Positions 47,157-55,512 of a stretch of DNA of 64,000 nucleotides are shown here, piece after piece (the stretch's first letter is position 1; each line of letters begins with the position of its first letter). The stretch spans positions 25,828 through 89,827 of the IMG/VR virus record IMGVR_UViG_3300042894_002524, one strand, 5' to 3'. Below the pieces are notes generated by a model. It saw only the letters and a list, made by a program, of their open reading frames with translations. It was not told where the DNA came from and searched no databases. This DNA comes from a virus. Made by a program: the position numbers and the translations under genes.

Positions 47157-47323
47157 TAATCTTCCTTTTTAATTAAAACTCCAAACATGTGAACAGTAAA
47201 GGCAGCAATGGTTAGCCATAGTCCATAAGTTTGTGTTTTGCCGGATAATGTAATTAGAACAATTACACCTCCAGATAGTGTCCATGCCAAAGCATGGAGT
47301 TCTTTTAATATTTTTTTAAACAT
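47156..47323 (-). CDS. Small 2-TM membrane protein (55 aa; absent from ORF track)
   Basis: MFKKILKELHALAWTLSGGVIVLITLSGKTQTYGLWLTIAAFTVHMFGVLIKKED; TAATG overlaps at both ends. Confidence 0.75.
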   Translation of the reverse strand: MFKKILKELHALAWTLSGGVIVLITLSGKTQTYGLWLTIAAFTVHMFGVLIKKED

Positions 47324-48996
47324 TATCTTCTCCTTGATCGGCTATTACCCCGATCTGTGTTACCGGAACCACCACTTCCTGATGGTCCTCCAGCTCCTCC
47401 ACCCGATGGTGCAGAACTGCCTCCAGAGGGCATAGGAGCCGTTGTAATCGTTGTTAAAGCTGTTGTTACAGCAATGAGCGCTCTTCTCGCTTTTACATCT
47501 ATTCCAGAGCCTGTAGGCACATAGTCGTCAAGACCTTCTCCGAAGATGTCAATTTCTCCCTCAAAAGCTTCTTTGATTTCAGTTGGGGCATCGGTAAGTG
47601 TTTCAACAAGAGCAGCTTCTTCCGCTAAAGTAAGATTATCAACAGCAATTTCTTGGAAGATTTCTGTAGCCTGATCTGCGTCAATACTTTCCAAAACCTT
47701 TGCACTTGTAGCAAGGTCGGTTGCTTGGTCTTCTGTAACACCAAGTTCCAAAACACTGTCAACAGCATTAGACACTTGTTCTTCAGAAACAGAATCTGAC
47801 TCTAAAATTCCAACAACCGCTTCAAATTGTTCATCTGACAACGGCGTATCTAATACAGAGTCAATAACTGATGCAAATTTTTCATCCGAGATTGGCTCAT
47901 CAAAAATAGAATCAAGGGCAGCAGAAAATTGTTCTTCAGATAACGGCTCAGAAAAGACTGCATCGACAGCAGCTTCAAATTGGTCTGCACTTAGTTGAGA
48001 TGTATTGTCAAAGACAGCCTCCACTGCAGCAGAGAAGTTTTCGTCAGACATAGGACCATCAAACACTGAATCAATAACTGTAGAAAACTGCGAATCAGTT
48101 AAATCTTGACCAAGAAGAGAATTAACCACTGCCGTAAGTTCTTCAGGAGTTCCGGCATCCGCTACTAAGTCATCAACAGCATTTGCAAGGTTTGCATTAG
48201 TTATAGGTGCATCGAAAATATCATCAACCGTTGCGTCTATAGTTTCTTGAACCTCTTGGGGAACTTCAATTGTTGGCGTTGGGTCTTCAGGAATTTCAAC
48301 AGGTGTTGTATCTATTTCTGGAGTAGAAACTGGAGTTTGGTCCAACTCGGGAATTGAAACAGTGGTGTTTTCTGTTGGAAGTGTTTCAACAGGAGGGGGA
48401 ACAACTTCCTCAACAGTCGTTGTAGTCGGTTCAGGCTCAGGTGCTATAGTTGTTGTAGATGAAGATGTTGTTGTGGTCGGCACCACTGTCGTTGTGGTTG
48501 TGGTTGTTGTGGTGGTCGTTGTAGAAGTTGTCGTGGTTGGCTCTACAGTGGTAGAGGTGGTTGTGGTTGATTCTACTGTCGTGGATGTTGTGGAAGTGGT
48601 CTGAGTAGACCCAACACCATTGAAGCTCAGTTCATACTGTAAGTTCCACCCTTGGTTTGTATGCCAACCATCAGGGTTGTTACAGCAAATACCAGCCCTT
48701 AGTCTATAACGACCAGCAGGCACCTCCATTGAGATATACGACTGCAGACCAATGGAATCATCAATGCTGTAGAGAAGCGTTCCGGCTTCGTTATATAGCC
48801 ACAACATTGGATCTGAGTTGTACCCAGTGACCATGTAGGTTTGGGCTATAAACTGTGTTGTCTCACTATAATCAAACCAAACATCTGTTGGCTCTGTGAT
48901 TATTAAGTTTTCAGCTTTAGCCGGAGATGCAAAAAGAGAGAGAATAATTGCAGGAATTAATATCCATGCACTTTTATTAAATCTTAATTTTCTCAC
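47323..48996 (-). CDS. Exported surface protein: signal peptide, beta domain, Thr-rich linker, acidic 15-aa repeats
   Basis: N-terminal signal ending AKA, poly-Thr stretch, xSDExFxxxxDxVF repeats, weakly hydrophobic C-terminal segment and basic tail. Confidence 0.8.
   Translation of the reverse strand: MRKLRFNKSAWILIPAIILSLFASPAKAENLIITEPTDVWFDYSETTQFIAQTYMVTGYNSDPMLWLYNEAGTLLYSIDDSIGLQSYISMEVPAGRYRLRAGICCNNPDGWHTNQGWNLQYELSFNGVGSTQTTSTTSTTVESTTTTSTTVEPTTTTSTTTTTTTTTTTTVVPTTTTSSSTTTIAPEPEPTTTTVEEVVPPPVETLPTENTTVSIPELDQTPVSTPEIDTTPVEIPEDPTPTIEVPQEVQETIDATVDDIFDAPITNANLANAVDDLVADAGTPEELTAVVNSLLGQDLTDSQFSTVIDSVFDGPMSDENFSAAVEAVFDNTSQLSADQFEAAVDAVFSEPLSEEQFSAALDSIFDEPISDEKFASVIDSVLDTPLSDEQFEAVVGILESDSVSEEQVSNAVDSVLELGVTEDQATDLATSAKVLESIDADQATEIFQEIAVDNLTLAEEAALVETLTDAPTEIKEAFEGEIDIFGEGLDDYVPTGSGIDVKARRALIAVTTALTTITTAPMPSGGSSAPSGGGAGGPSGSGGSGNTDRGNSRSRRR
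47700..48240 (-). repeat. Degenerate 45-nt (15-aa) tandem coding repeats
   Basis: LTDSQFSTVIDSVF / MSDENFSAAVEAVF / LSADQFEAAVDAVF / LSEEQFSAALDSIF / ISDEKFASVIDSVL / LSDEQFEAVVGIL; boundaries approximate. Confidence 0.8.
48415..48605 (-). repeat. Low-complexity Thr-codon tract
   Basis: GTT/GTG/GTC/GTA runs on the plus strand encoding poly-Thr. Confidence 0.85.
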
Positions 48997-49020
48997 ATAA
49001 CAATTGTATATGAGTTAAAA

Positions 49021-49356
49021 TTAAGTTGCGTATTCAACTCCACTAATCGACAGAGTAATACTTGCATTTGCTTGAGAAAGATAAAGATTGGAGTTAGCAG
49101 GAAGAACAACAATTCCGTTATAAGCAACTGTTTCGTTTGGTGCAACAGTAAATGATTTTAGAATTGCATTATTATTAGCAGCTGCTGAGACACCTGACAC
49201 AAGTAAATGTAAACTGCATGTTGCTGCACTTGATGTGAAGTTGCACAAGTTAATGTTTTTAACAATAGAATAGCTTCCAGCATTGTTTGATATAGTAACA
49301 ACATTAGCTGCAGTGTCAGCTCCGATATACAGAAGCTTTGGTGTTAAGTTTGCCAT
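49021..49356 (-). CDS. Small beta-rich virion protein (paralog of 43651..44010)
   Basis: SIVKNINLCNFT...PNETV...GVE. Confidence 0.7.
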   Translation of the reverse strand: MANLTPKLLYIGADTAANVVTISNNAGSYSIVKNINLCNFTSSAATCSLHLLVSGVSAAANNNAILKSFTVAPNETVAYNGIVVLPANSNLYLSQANASITLSISGVEYAT

Positions 49357-49701
49357 TTAAACCCCCATCCACTGCAAGATAGCAGTGTCATATGTATATG
49401 TATTCATGCTTTGAATCGTATTTGAATCAAGAACATGGTCAACAACAGCCCCGGCTAAATGGTTCTGTGCTGTAGTACCATCATACCCTCTAACGCTTAT
49501 AGTTAGAACATCTCCTGAACGAGAAGACACGAGCATTTTTTCTTCCGCTGCTTCACCACGACTTACAATGATTGCAAATGGATTGTTGGCACCTGTGGGG
49601 AAAGACGAACCGGAACCAAGGGTAATAGATGACGCTGAGTTTGCGACATTGCTTGGCAATGTCGTGCTTAAAACAGCTCCAGCAAATTCTCTTCTTTCCA
49701 T
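49357..49701 (-). CDS. Virion structural protein
   Basis: TTL...SITL...FP...RGYDGTTAQNHLAGAVV module, also present twice in the tail-tip protein. Confidence 0.7.
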   Translation of the reverse strand: MERREFAGAVLSTTLPSNVANSASSITLGSGSSFPTGANNPFAIIVSRGEAAEEKMLVSSRSGDVLTISVRGYDGTTAQNHLAGAVVDHVLDSNTIQSMNTYTYDTAILQWMGV

Positions 49702-49711
49702 TTAAACCTCT

Positions 49712-50095
49712 TTAGTCAAGGCTGATGTCAAGATCGCCTGTTGCGATTCTCAATGTATCGCCTGCATCAAGGCTTTTACTTGTTGCGAGAGTTCCCCACA
49801 CAAGCAAGTTGCCTGTTGTTAAAGCATCAAAAATACCAATTGCGACAACCGTACAGGCTGGCATATTAGTGAAGTCAATGTTCCCAGTGTTTTGGGTTGC
49901 ACCACTTGATGCAGCATCAAAAGCAGCAGTCTGACGAGCGTATGAACCACCACTGACCTGTGTTCCACCACCCGTATCATTTGGTGCAGCCGTATAAAGT
50001 GCTACATAAACAGTCGATGGCATTGTGTATGCCGTTGTTCCCAAAATGTGGTCAAGAACTTTGTCCTCTAAGTAATTACTAAGATTACCTGCCAT
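49712..50095 (-). CDS. Virion structural protein
   Basis: LSNYLE...YVALYTAAP...SGGSYARQ...GIFDALTTGNLL, a common phage structural family. Confidence 0.75.
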   Translation of the reverse strand: MAGNLSNYLEDKVLDHILGTTAYTMPSTVYVALYTAAPNDTGGGTQVSGGSYARQTAAFDAASSGATQNTGNIDFTNMPACTVVAIGIFDALTTGNLLVWGTLATSKSLDAGDTLRIATGDLDISLD

Positions 50096-50097
50096 AA

Positions 50098-50442
50098 TTA
50101 ATCCTCCTTAGATGCGAGATACTCTTCGATTTCGTGAGGATCCGCTCTTCTAAAATTTTCAAGACTCAAAAGGAATGCATATTCCTCGTCTGAGACTTCT
50201 TTCATGGAATCTTCTCTTGAAAAGAAAAGATTACCAGAGCTATACGAAGCTCCGCTTTCAAAAATAATCAAATTAATTGCATTTGATTTTTTAGACACTT
50301 TTGCTGGTTTTTGTTCAACACTATCTTCTGTGATTTCTGCTTTAACCTTTGGCTTTGCAGCAGCCTTTTTTGCCGGAGCCTTCTTTGCTGGCTTTGCTTC
50401 TTCACCTGATGTTGCTTTCGATGTAACGATATTATCAGTCAT
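50098..50442 (-). CDS. Hypothetical protein with Lys/Ala-rich N-terminus
   Basis: AKPAKKAPAKKAAAKP; directly after major capsid. Confidence 0.7.
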   Translation of the reverse strand: MTDNIVTSKATSGEEAKPAKKAPAKKAAAKPKVKAEITEDSVEQKPAKVSKKSNAINLIIFESGASYSSGNLFFSREDSMKEVSDEEYAFLLSLENFRRADPHEIEEYLASKED

Positions 50443-50476
50443 GGTTAATACAATACCACACTTGCTTAAATAATGC

Positions 50477-50505
50477 GAAAGGGAGGGGATATTTCACCCC
50501 CCCCC
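50477..50505 (-). terminator. Intrinsic terminator after major capsid gene
   Basis: G9T-GAAAT-ATCCCCTCCC stem followed by TTT on the minus strand. Confidence 0.7.
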
Positions 50506-50529
50506 GATCACAAATTTTTTAATTATTAC

Positions 50530-51561
50530 TTACAGTGTACGAAGCTTAACATTCTTACCGATTACATACGAATCAGCATTTTCAATGTTACTTGCTACTC
50601 TCATGAACTGAGTGTACTCAATGGTGTCTGTCTTTGGCTTGAACTGACGGTACACAGTGATGTCACGGTGAATACCGATAACACGGTTGTTAGGGAATGT
50701 TAGTTCAATATGACCATGTGATCCTGTTGCACCTGAGTAGTCACCCGTAGCCGTTTCTGGCATCAAAGGAACTTCAAGCAAAGGAATACCGAATGGTGAA
50801 ATTCCAGTTGAACCCGGACCACCATTTCCACGCATTGTGCCCTGAAGGAATGCCACATCGCCGACCAATGAGCCGGGAGATGGTGCACCTGCAGTTGCAG
50901 CGGTTGCATCGTTTGGATTACCTAAGCTGTAGATGGTGTCTTGAACATTGCCTGAACCAGAGAAGAATCTTAGTTCATTTCTGCGCTGAAGATACTTGGT
51001 TGGCATATTGCGAAGAATGCGATCATAAGTAGCTCTTGAAACCTGATTACCAGCTTCATCGACTACACGACCGTTTGTCTTAGCAAGTTTAATAAAACCA
51101 TCAAGAGCCTTGAGAAGACCGTTGTTGGAGCTTGTGTTACCGTTGATAAAGAGATCATCAAGGTCGTTTGCAGTCTGGCGAGCCATCATCTGTGCGATGT
51201 GGTCCTCCAAAGAAGCTCCCTCAATGTTGTCTTCCAACGACTCAGTTGACAGTGCCCAGTCAAGACGAAGCTTGACAGTAGACAAAGAAACTTTGCTGAA
51301 TGTGACGGCTGCATTTGCACCGTCATCTGTTGCCTCGGTTGCCTTTGAAAGCAAGCGGGTGCCTACAGAAACCTTATCGATTTCCATTTGTGGTGTACGC
51401 ATACGAACGACTCTTGCGTTCTGCATAAGTACAGACTGATCAATAACAAAATCAAGGAAGCGGTTTGACTGAGCTGGTTTCATCAAACCACCCGAATCAT
51501 TGCCTACAACCCCAGTTGTTACTTCATTAGCCTTTGATAGAATTTCTTCTTGTGATGCCAT
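50530..51561 (-). CDS. Major capsid protein (HK97 fold)
   Basis: GGLMKPAQSNRF, ESLEDNIEG, DLFING; follows protease/scaffold; strong SD GGAGG. Confidence 0.93.
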   Translation of the reverse strand: MASQEEILSKANEVTTGVVGNDSGGLMKPAQSNRFLDFVIDQSVLMQNARVVRMRTPQMEIDKVSVGTRLLSKATEATDDGANAAVTFSKVSLSTVKLRLDWALSTESLEDNIEGASLEDHIAQMMARQTANDLDDLFINGNTSSNNGLLKALDGFIKLAKTNGRVVDEAGNQVSRATYDRILRNMPTKYLQRRNELRFFSGSGNVQDTIYSLGNPNDATAATAGAPSPGSLVGDVAFLQGTMRGNGGPGSTGISPFGIPLLEVPLMPETATGDYSGATGSHGHIELTFPNNRVIGIHRDITVYRQFKPKTDTIEYTQFMRVASNIENADSYVIGKNVKLRTL

Positions 51562-51578
51562 ATCTTTATTTCCTCCTA

Positions 51579-53186
51579 TTATGACTTATAGCCCAAGGAG
51601 TTAATTAAACCTTGTGGCAAATATGTATTGTCCCAAATTGATGATGGAGCAGACTTAGTAAGTTCTTCGCCCTCTTCGTCATCTTCTGGGTCAACGCTTT
51701 TCTTGATAGCTCCGGACTTAGCAAAGGCTTGAACCTTCTCTTCTTGTTCCGACAGAGATTGCTCTGTTGCTTCTAATTTTTCTTGTAGTTCAGTTGCTTG
51801 AACTTCAAATCCCTTGGTGATGGTGTCGATTTTTTCTTGGACCGAAGCTTCAACCTCTTCTTTAATTGAAGTAGCGAAGGCAGCCAGTTTTTCGTCAACC
51901 ACAGCACTAAGAGCATCTTTAAGGATTTCTAGATCCATAATTTCCTCCTGTGTGTTTTCAGTTACTTCAATTTGGATTGAAGCATTTTCTTGAACATCTG
52001 GAACAAGCCAATTGACCATACGCTTAAGTAGCGATAATCTTGATTCCTGTTCATTCATGTCTAAGACCTTATCATAATTTACATCATTTTGCAATTCACT
52101 CTCTTGCATTTTAATTGAATCTGCGTCTATGTCTAATTTATCAGACATTTCAAGCGCATAAGTTAGCAATGCATCGATTGAGTCAGTTGCATATTCTTCA
52201 GATGTATCATCTTCGAATTTGTTTGTCATAGTAGACTCCTTTTTCTTTTTCTTAGGCTTTCCGGGAAATGGACCTTGATAACTACCTTGAGTAGGATTCT
52301 TGATACCGGCTCCCATTGAGCCTGCTGTGACTTCTCCCTCTTTCTTCATACCTTTTTCTTTAGTATTCTGATAGCGTTCAAGAAGCCTCCGACCTTTTGC
52401 AGCAAGCTGTGCTGCATCTTGTGCGTTCTGTGGAACTGGTTCCCCCCAAGCTGCTGCTGAAAGCGCAAGCCTTGTTGGTCTACCTTTTGAGTCCTTCATT
52501 GGACCAGATGGATTTGTAAAGAAGCGTGTTAAGAAAGAACCTTTTCTGCGCATCTTTTCTGGTGTGTCTGCTGCACCCCTCACACCCGGCTTAAGGTTTG
52601 CACCCTCTGTTTCTTTGAAGTGTCTACGACCTGCTGCTGTAAGACCGCCCTTGGGGTCTTTGAGAGGAGAGGCTTTGTCAAGAACATAGTCAAGACCGCC
52701 ATCATCACTTCTCTTGATGATATCGACAGTTGCCAGAGCGTTGGCTGGATTATCAACGACACTTAATTCACCAAGAACATATTTCTCAATAACATTGACT
52801 GGGCGACCACGGAACATCTTTTCTGCAGACTCACTCTTCTGAAGAACCTTGCCTCCAATAGAAAAAGCCTGAAGGGTTCCGTCAAGGATCTTTTCCCAAG
52901 TATCTTGGGCACCCTTTGAAATATAAGCGTCTACACGAATAGCGTTGTATTCTTCGCCATCCTCCCCTTTGATCTTGATAGGTTCAAAGTTGACAGCCTT
53001 GCCAACAGCAACAGGAGAATGCATCTCACGGATGTTTCCTCCCCAGTTTTTAAATGCCTCAAGAGATGCAGAAAAGTCAACAATATCACCAGATTTGTCA
53101 ACATTGTCAGCTGTAGCGATACCGCTAATAATCCTCTGCTCTTTCTTGATCATTTCAATCGGGAAAGATAAATTAAAATTTTCCAT
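51579..53186 (-). CDS. Prohead protease fused to an inserted basic domain and coiled-coil scaffold
   Basis: IREMH, AFSIGG, ELSVVDNPAN; acidic coiled-coil C-terminus. Confidence 0.92.
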   Translation of the reverse strand: MENFNLSFPIEMIKKEQRIISGIATADNVDKSGDIVDFSASLEAFKNWGGNIREMHSPVAVGKAVNFEPIKIKGEDGEEYNAIRVDAYISKGAQDTWEKILDGTLQAFSIGGKVLQKSESAEKMFRGRPVNVIEKYVLGELSVVDNPANALATVDIIKRSDDGGLDYVLDKASPLKDPKGGLTAAGRRHFKETEGANLKPGVRGAADTPEKMRRKGSFLTRFFTNPSGPMKDSKGRPTRLALSAAAWGEPVPQNAQDAAQLAAKGRRLLERYQNTKEKGMKKEGEVTAGSMGAGIKNPTQGSYQGPFPGKPKKKKKESTMTNKFEDDTSEEYATDSIDALLTYALEMSDKLDIDADSIKMQESELQNDVNYDKVLDMNEQESRLSLLKRMVNWLVPDVQENASIQIEVTENTQEEIMDLEILKDALSAVVDEKLAAFATSIKEEVEASVQEKIDTITKGFEVQATELQEKLEATEQSLSEQEEKVQAFAKSGAIKKSVDPEDDEEGEELTKSAPSSIWDNTYLPQGLINSLGYKS

Positions 53187-53205
53187 GATTACCTCGTAAT
53201 TTTAA

Positions 53206-53229
53206 ATTATACACTATTATGTGTATAAT
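53206..53229. promoter_or_regulatory. Palindrome carrying divergent TGTATAAT elements upstream of the protease
   Basis: ATTATACAC-TATTAT-GTGTATAAT. Confidence 0.55.
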
Positions 53230-53489
53230 CACCCAACTGCATAAGCTGAAAAGCTAACGCCTGCTGTAACGATTTTGATTGTTGTATAGTCACCCGGAAT
53301 TTTGTGATAGGTGTGACTGCCATCGTCTGGTGAATGCGGGATAAGAACTTGGTGTCTTCCATTAAGTTCAATAATCGCACTTGTTGTGTTGCTCTTATTC
53401 CATACAAACAGATAATCAGTATGGTGTCCAATTGACACTTCACCGTCTGTGCTTGCGATAGCTGTTGTTGTATATACAATACTACTCAT
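53229..53489 (-). CDS. Small beta-rich head-region protein
   Basis: SD AAGGAG; lies between portal and protease; start MSSIVY. Confidence 0.7.
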   Translation of the reverse strand: MSSIVYTTTAIASTDGEVSIGHHTDYLFVWNKSNTTSAIIELNGRHQVLIPHSPDDGSHTYHKIPGDYTTIKIVTAGVSFSAYAVG

Positions 53490-55122
53490 TATTTTCTCCT
53501 TCAAATACCTTAACGGTATCTATGTTGTCGCCAGAGTCTTGACTCTGACCTCTTTCTTTTTGATCTCCAGAACTTTGAACACCACTTGGTGTTGCGCCAC
53601 TGTCTGATCTAGATTTTGGTGGATTAGAAGAAGCATTATTGGAATTTCCAACTGGTGCTCCTGCGTTTTCTTGTTTGATTTTTGTTGGGAAAGGAAGAAC
53701 ATCATCGCCATCCTTCCGTTCTGGGAATCCAATTTTACCTCTAACCTCATTAGGACTGATAACTTCAGTTCGAAGGTAGCGGTCATAAATTCTTGATTCC
53801 ATGTCTTCGTCAAGCAAGTCAATCTTCTTAAGCTTGAATTGAAGGAGGTCTGTGAACTCCGCAAGAAGTCTATTAATCTTCTTTTCGATGATTGCTTGGT
53901 CTGGACCAATAACTTGCATCTTGAATGTCTTATCCGCATCTCGTGATACAGCAAGGTTTGCATTATCGTAAACGCCGACTTTTGGTGCGGGGACTCTGTT
54001 CGCTACTAGGATTTCATCACGGTTTGATTTGCGGTACTTGTCAAAAGAAGCATCTTGAACTCCGGCTTCAAGTTTTTCAAATTTAATATCAGAATCAGAA
54101 CCGATACTTGCTGGAAGAGGAATAACAAGAGTTCCGTGGTTTCGACCTTTAACCTCATTGCGGAAATAATTAACAAGTTCAGCTTTTGATTTATTACTTA
54201 ATTTCGCACCTTTAAGAATAATTGCATAACGAGGAATTGCTTTATTTTCAAAGTAATCAATGTTGTACTCTTTTGCAAACTTATCCCCAACAATAGCTGC
54301 TGCTGCAGAAACTGCTGCGGGAATACCGTAGTATGTGTTATTTGGAGAATACATTTTGAAATGAATAACTTCATTGGGGCTTGGGTCTCCATTAATAGGA
54401 TCCTCCATTTCCAAATCTTGAAAGTTTCTGAAGAAGATTGCTTGAACTTTATTAGCTCTTGAAAGCTGAACAAAACCATCTCTGTGTCGTCTTACACGAA
54501 CCATCGTTGCAGGAATGTGACCAATGTAGCCAACTTTTCCTTCGTTATTCCGACCAATTTCAAGATAGCCATTTCCAACTGTAAGGCAATCTTGCCAAAC
54601 ACGAACCATTGTTTCAATCAATGTCTCTTCAACATTGAAGTCTTCAAAAAGAACTTCTAGTTCTTCTCGGAGATCTTGCAAACCCTTCCGAGTTTTTTCA
54701 AGCTTTGCGGGATCTGATTGAGACTTCTCAATACGCCTTCTTGATTTCAATGTCTCAGTAAATTCAAAACCAAGACCAACCGTATTCATCACTCTTGCGT
54801 TAATAGCTGCGTAATGAATGGCACTTTGATCGTAAAGGATAGCGAGGTTGTCCAAGTCATATGGTGGATTTACAATGTCCCAAAGGGAATATCCATTAAC
54901 AACTTCTGGATCAAGATACTTAGACTTAGTACCATCTTCGCCTTCATGTCTCTTCTGAAGACGCTGAGCTTTTCTTTTCATTTTTGGAGAAAGGCTTGAA
55001 ATTTTTACTTCCGAGAAAGGGTCAACGGACTCAACTTTGGACAAGGCTGAAATATAAGAAAGATCATCAATCTCTTCATTGAAGTCATCACTGTCCTCAG
55101 ACAGTATCATTTTATTGTTCAT
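53482..55122 (-). CDS. Portal protein
   Basis: GNGYLE, HIPATMVR, EVIHF...YYGIP, YFENKAIP, ISPNEVR. Confidence 0.95.
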   Translation of the reverse strand: MNNKMILSEDSDDFNEEIDDLSYISALSKVESVDPFSEVKISSLSPKMKRKAQRLQKRHEGEDGTKSKYLDPEVVNGYSLWDIVNPPYDLDNLAILYDQSAIHYAAINARVMNTVGLGFEFTETLKSRRRIEKSQSDPAKLEKTRKGLQDLREELEVLFEDFNVEETLIETMVRVWQDCLTVGNGYLEIGRNNEGKVGYIGHIPATMVRVRRHRDGFVQLSRANKVQAIFFRNFQDLEMEDPINGDPSPNEVIHFKMYSPNNTYYGIPAAVSAAAAIVGDKFAKEYNIDYFENKAIPRYAIILKGAKLSNKSKAELVNYFRNEVKGRNHGTLVIPLPASIGSDSDIKFEKLEAGVQDASFDKYRKSNRDEILVANRVPAPKVGVYDNANLAVSRDADKTFKMQVIGPDQAIIEKKINRLLAEFTDLLQFKLKKIDLLDEDMESRIYDRYLRTEVISPNEVRGKIGFPERKDGDDVLPFPTKIKQENAGAPVGNSNNASSNPPKSRSDSGATPSGVQSSGDQKERGQSQDSGDNIDTVKVFEGENNE

Positions 55123-55460
55123 TATTTTGCTCCAAAGTGCTGGTCGTACATATCTTCAAATGGGTCAGCAACTAAACCAGCAGCAAGTCTTTCTGCTTGG
55201 TCATCTCTTTCATCGGAAGAAACTTTTCTAGCACCGGGAACCCAACGGATAACTCCAGCATCAGAACCTGTCCAATACTTTGCGACTTCCGCAACACGAA
55301 GCTCAAGAGCTTCATCACCGACCATTCCTTCTGCGCAAAGAACACCATCCCCATCGGATAATGGGAAACCGTCTGGCATAATCCAGAGACAGATGCCATA
55401 AGCACGCTCTGGAACCCACATATTTTTACTTTTAATCATGTCAGAAGTCATTTGATTCAA
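55122..55460 (-). CDS. Hypothetical protein upstream of portal
   Basis: YGICLWIMPDG...GARKVS...QAERLAAGL; TAATG-coupled to portal. Confidence 0.75.
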   Translation of the reverse strand: MNQMTSDMIKSKNMWVPERAYGICLWIMPDGFPLSDGDGVLCAEGMVGDEALELRVAEVAKYWTGSDAGVIRWVPGARKVSSDERDDQAERLAAGLVADPFEDMYDQHFGAK

Positions 55461-55512
55461 TTCTACATTACTTTCTTTAAATTATCTACACATTGATGAC
55501 AGTTTTATTCAA

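Noticed and set aside
47700-48605. CRISPR-like or DGR repeat
   Set aside because: Repeats are degenerate, in frame and coding; no spacers, reverse transcriptase or template/variable repeat pair.
50473-50703. Plus-strand ORF and C9 homopolymer as a phase-variation site
   Set aside because: The C run is one arm of the capsid terminator and the ORF is antisense to the capsid gene.
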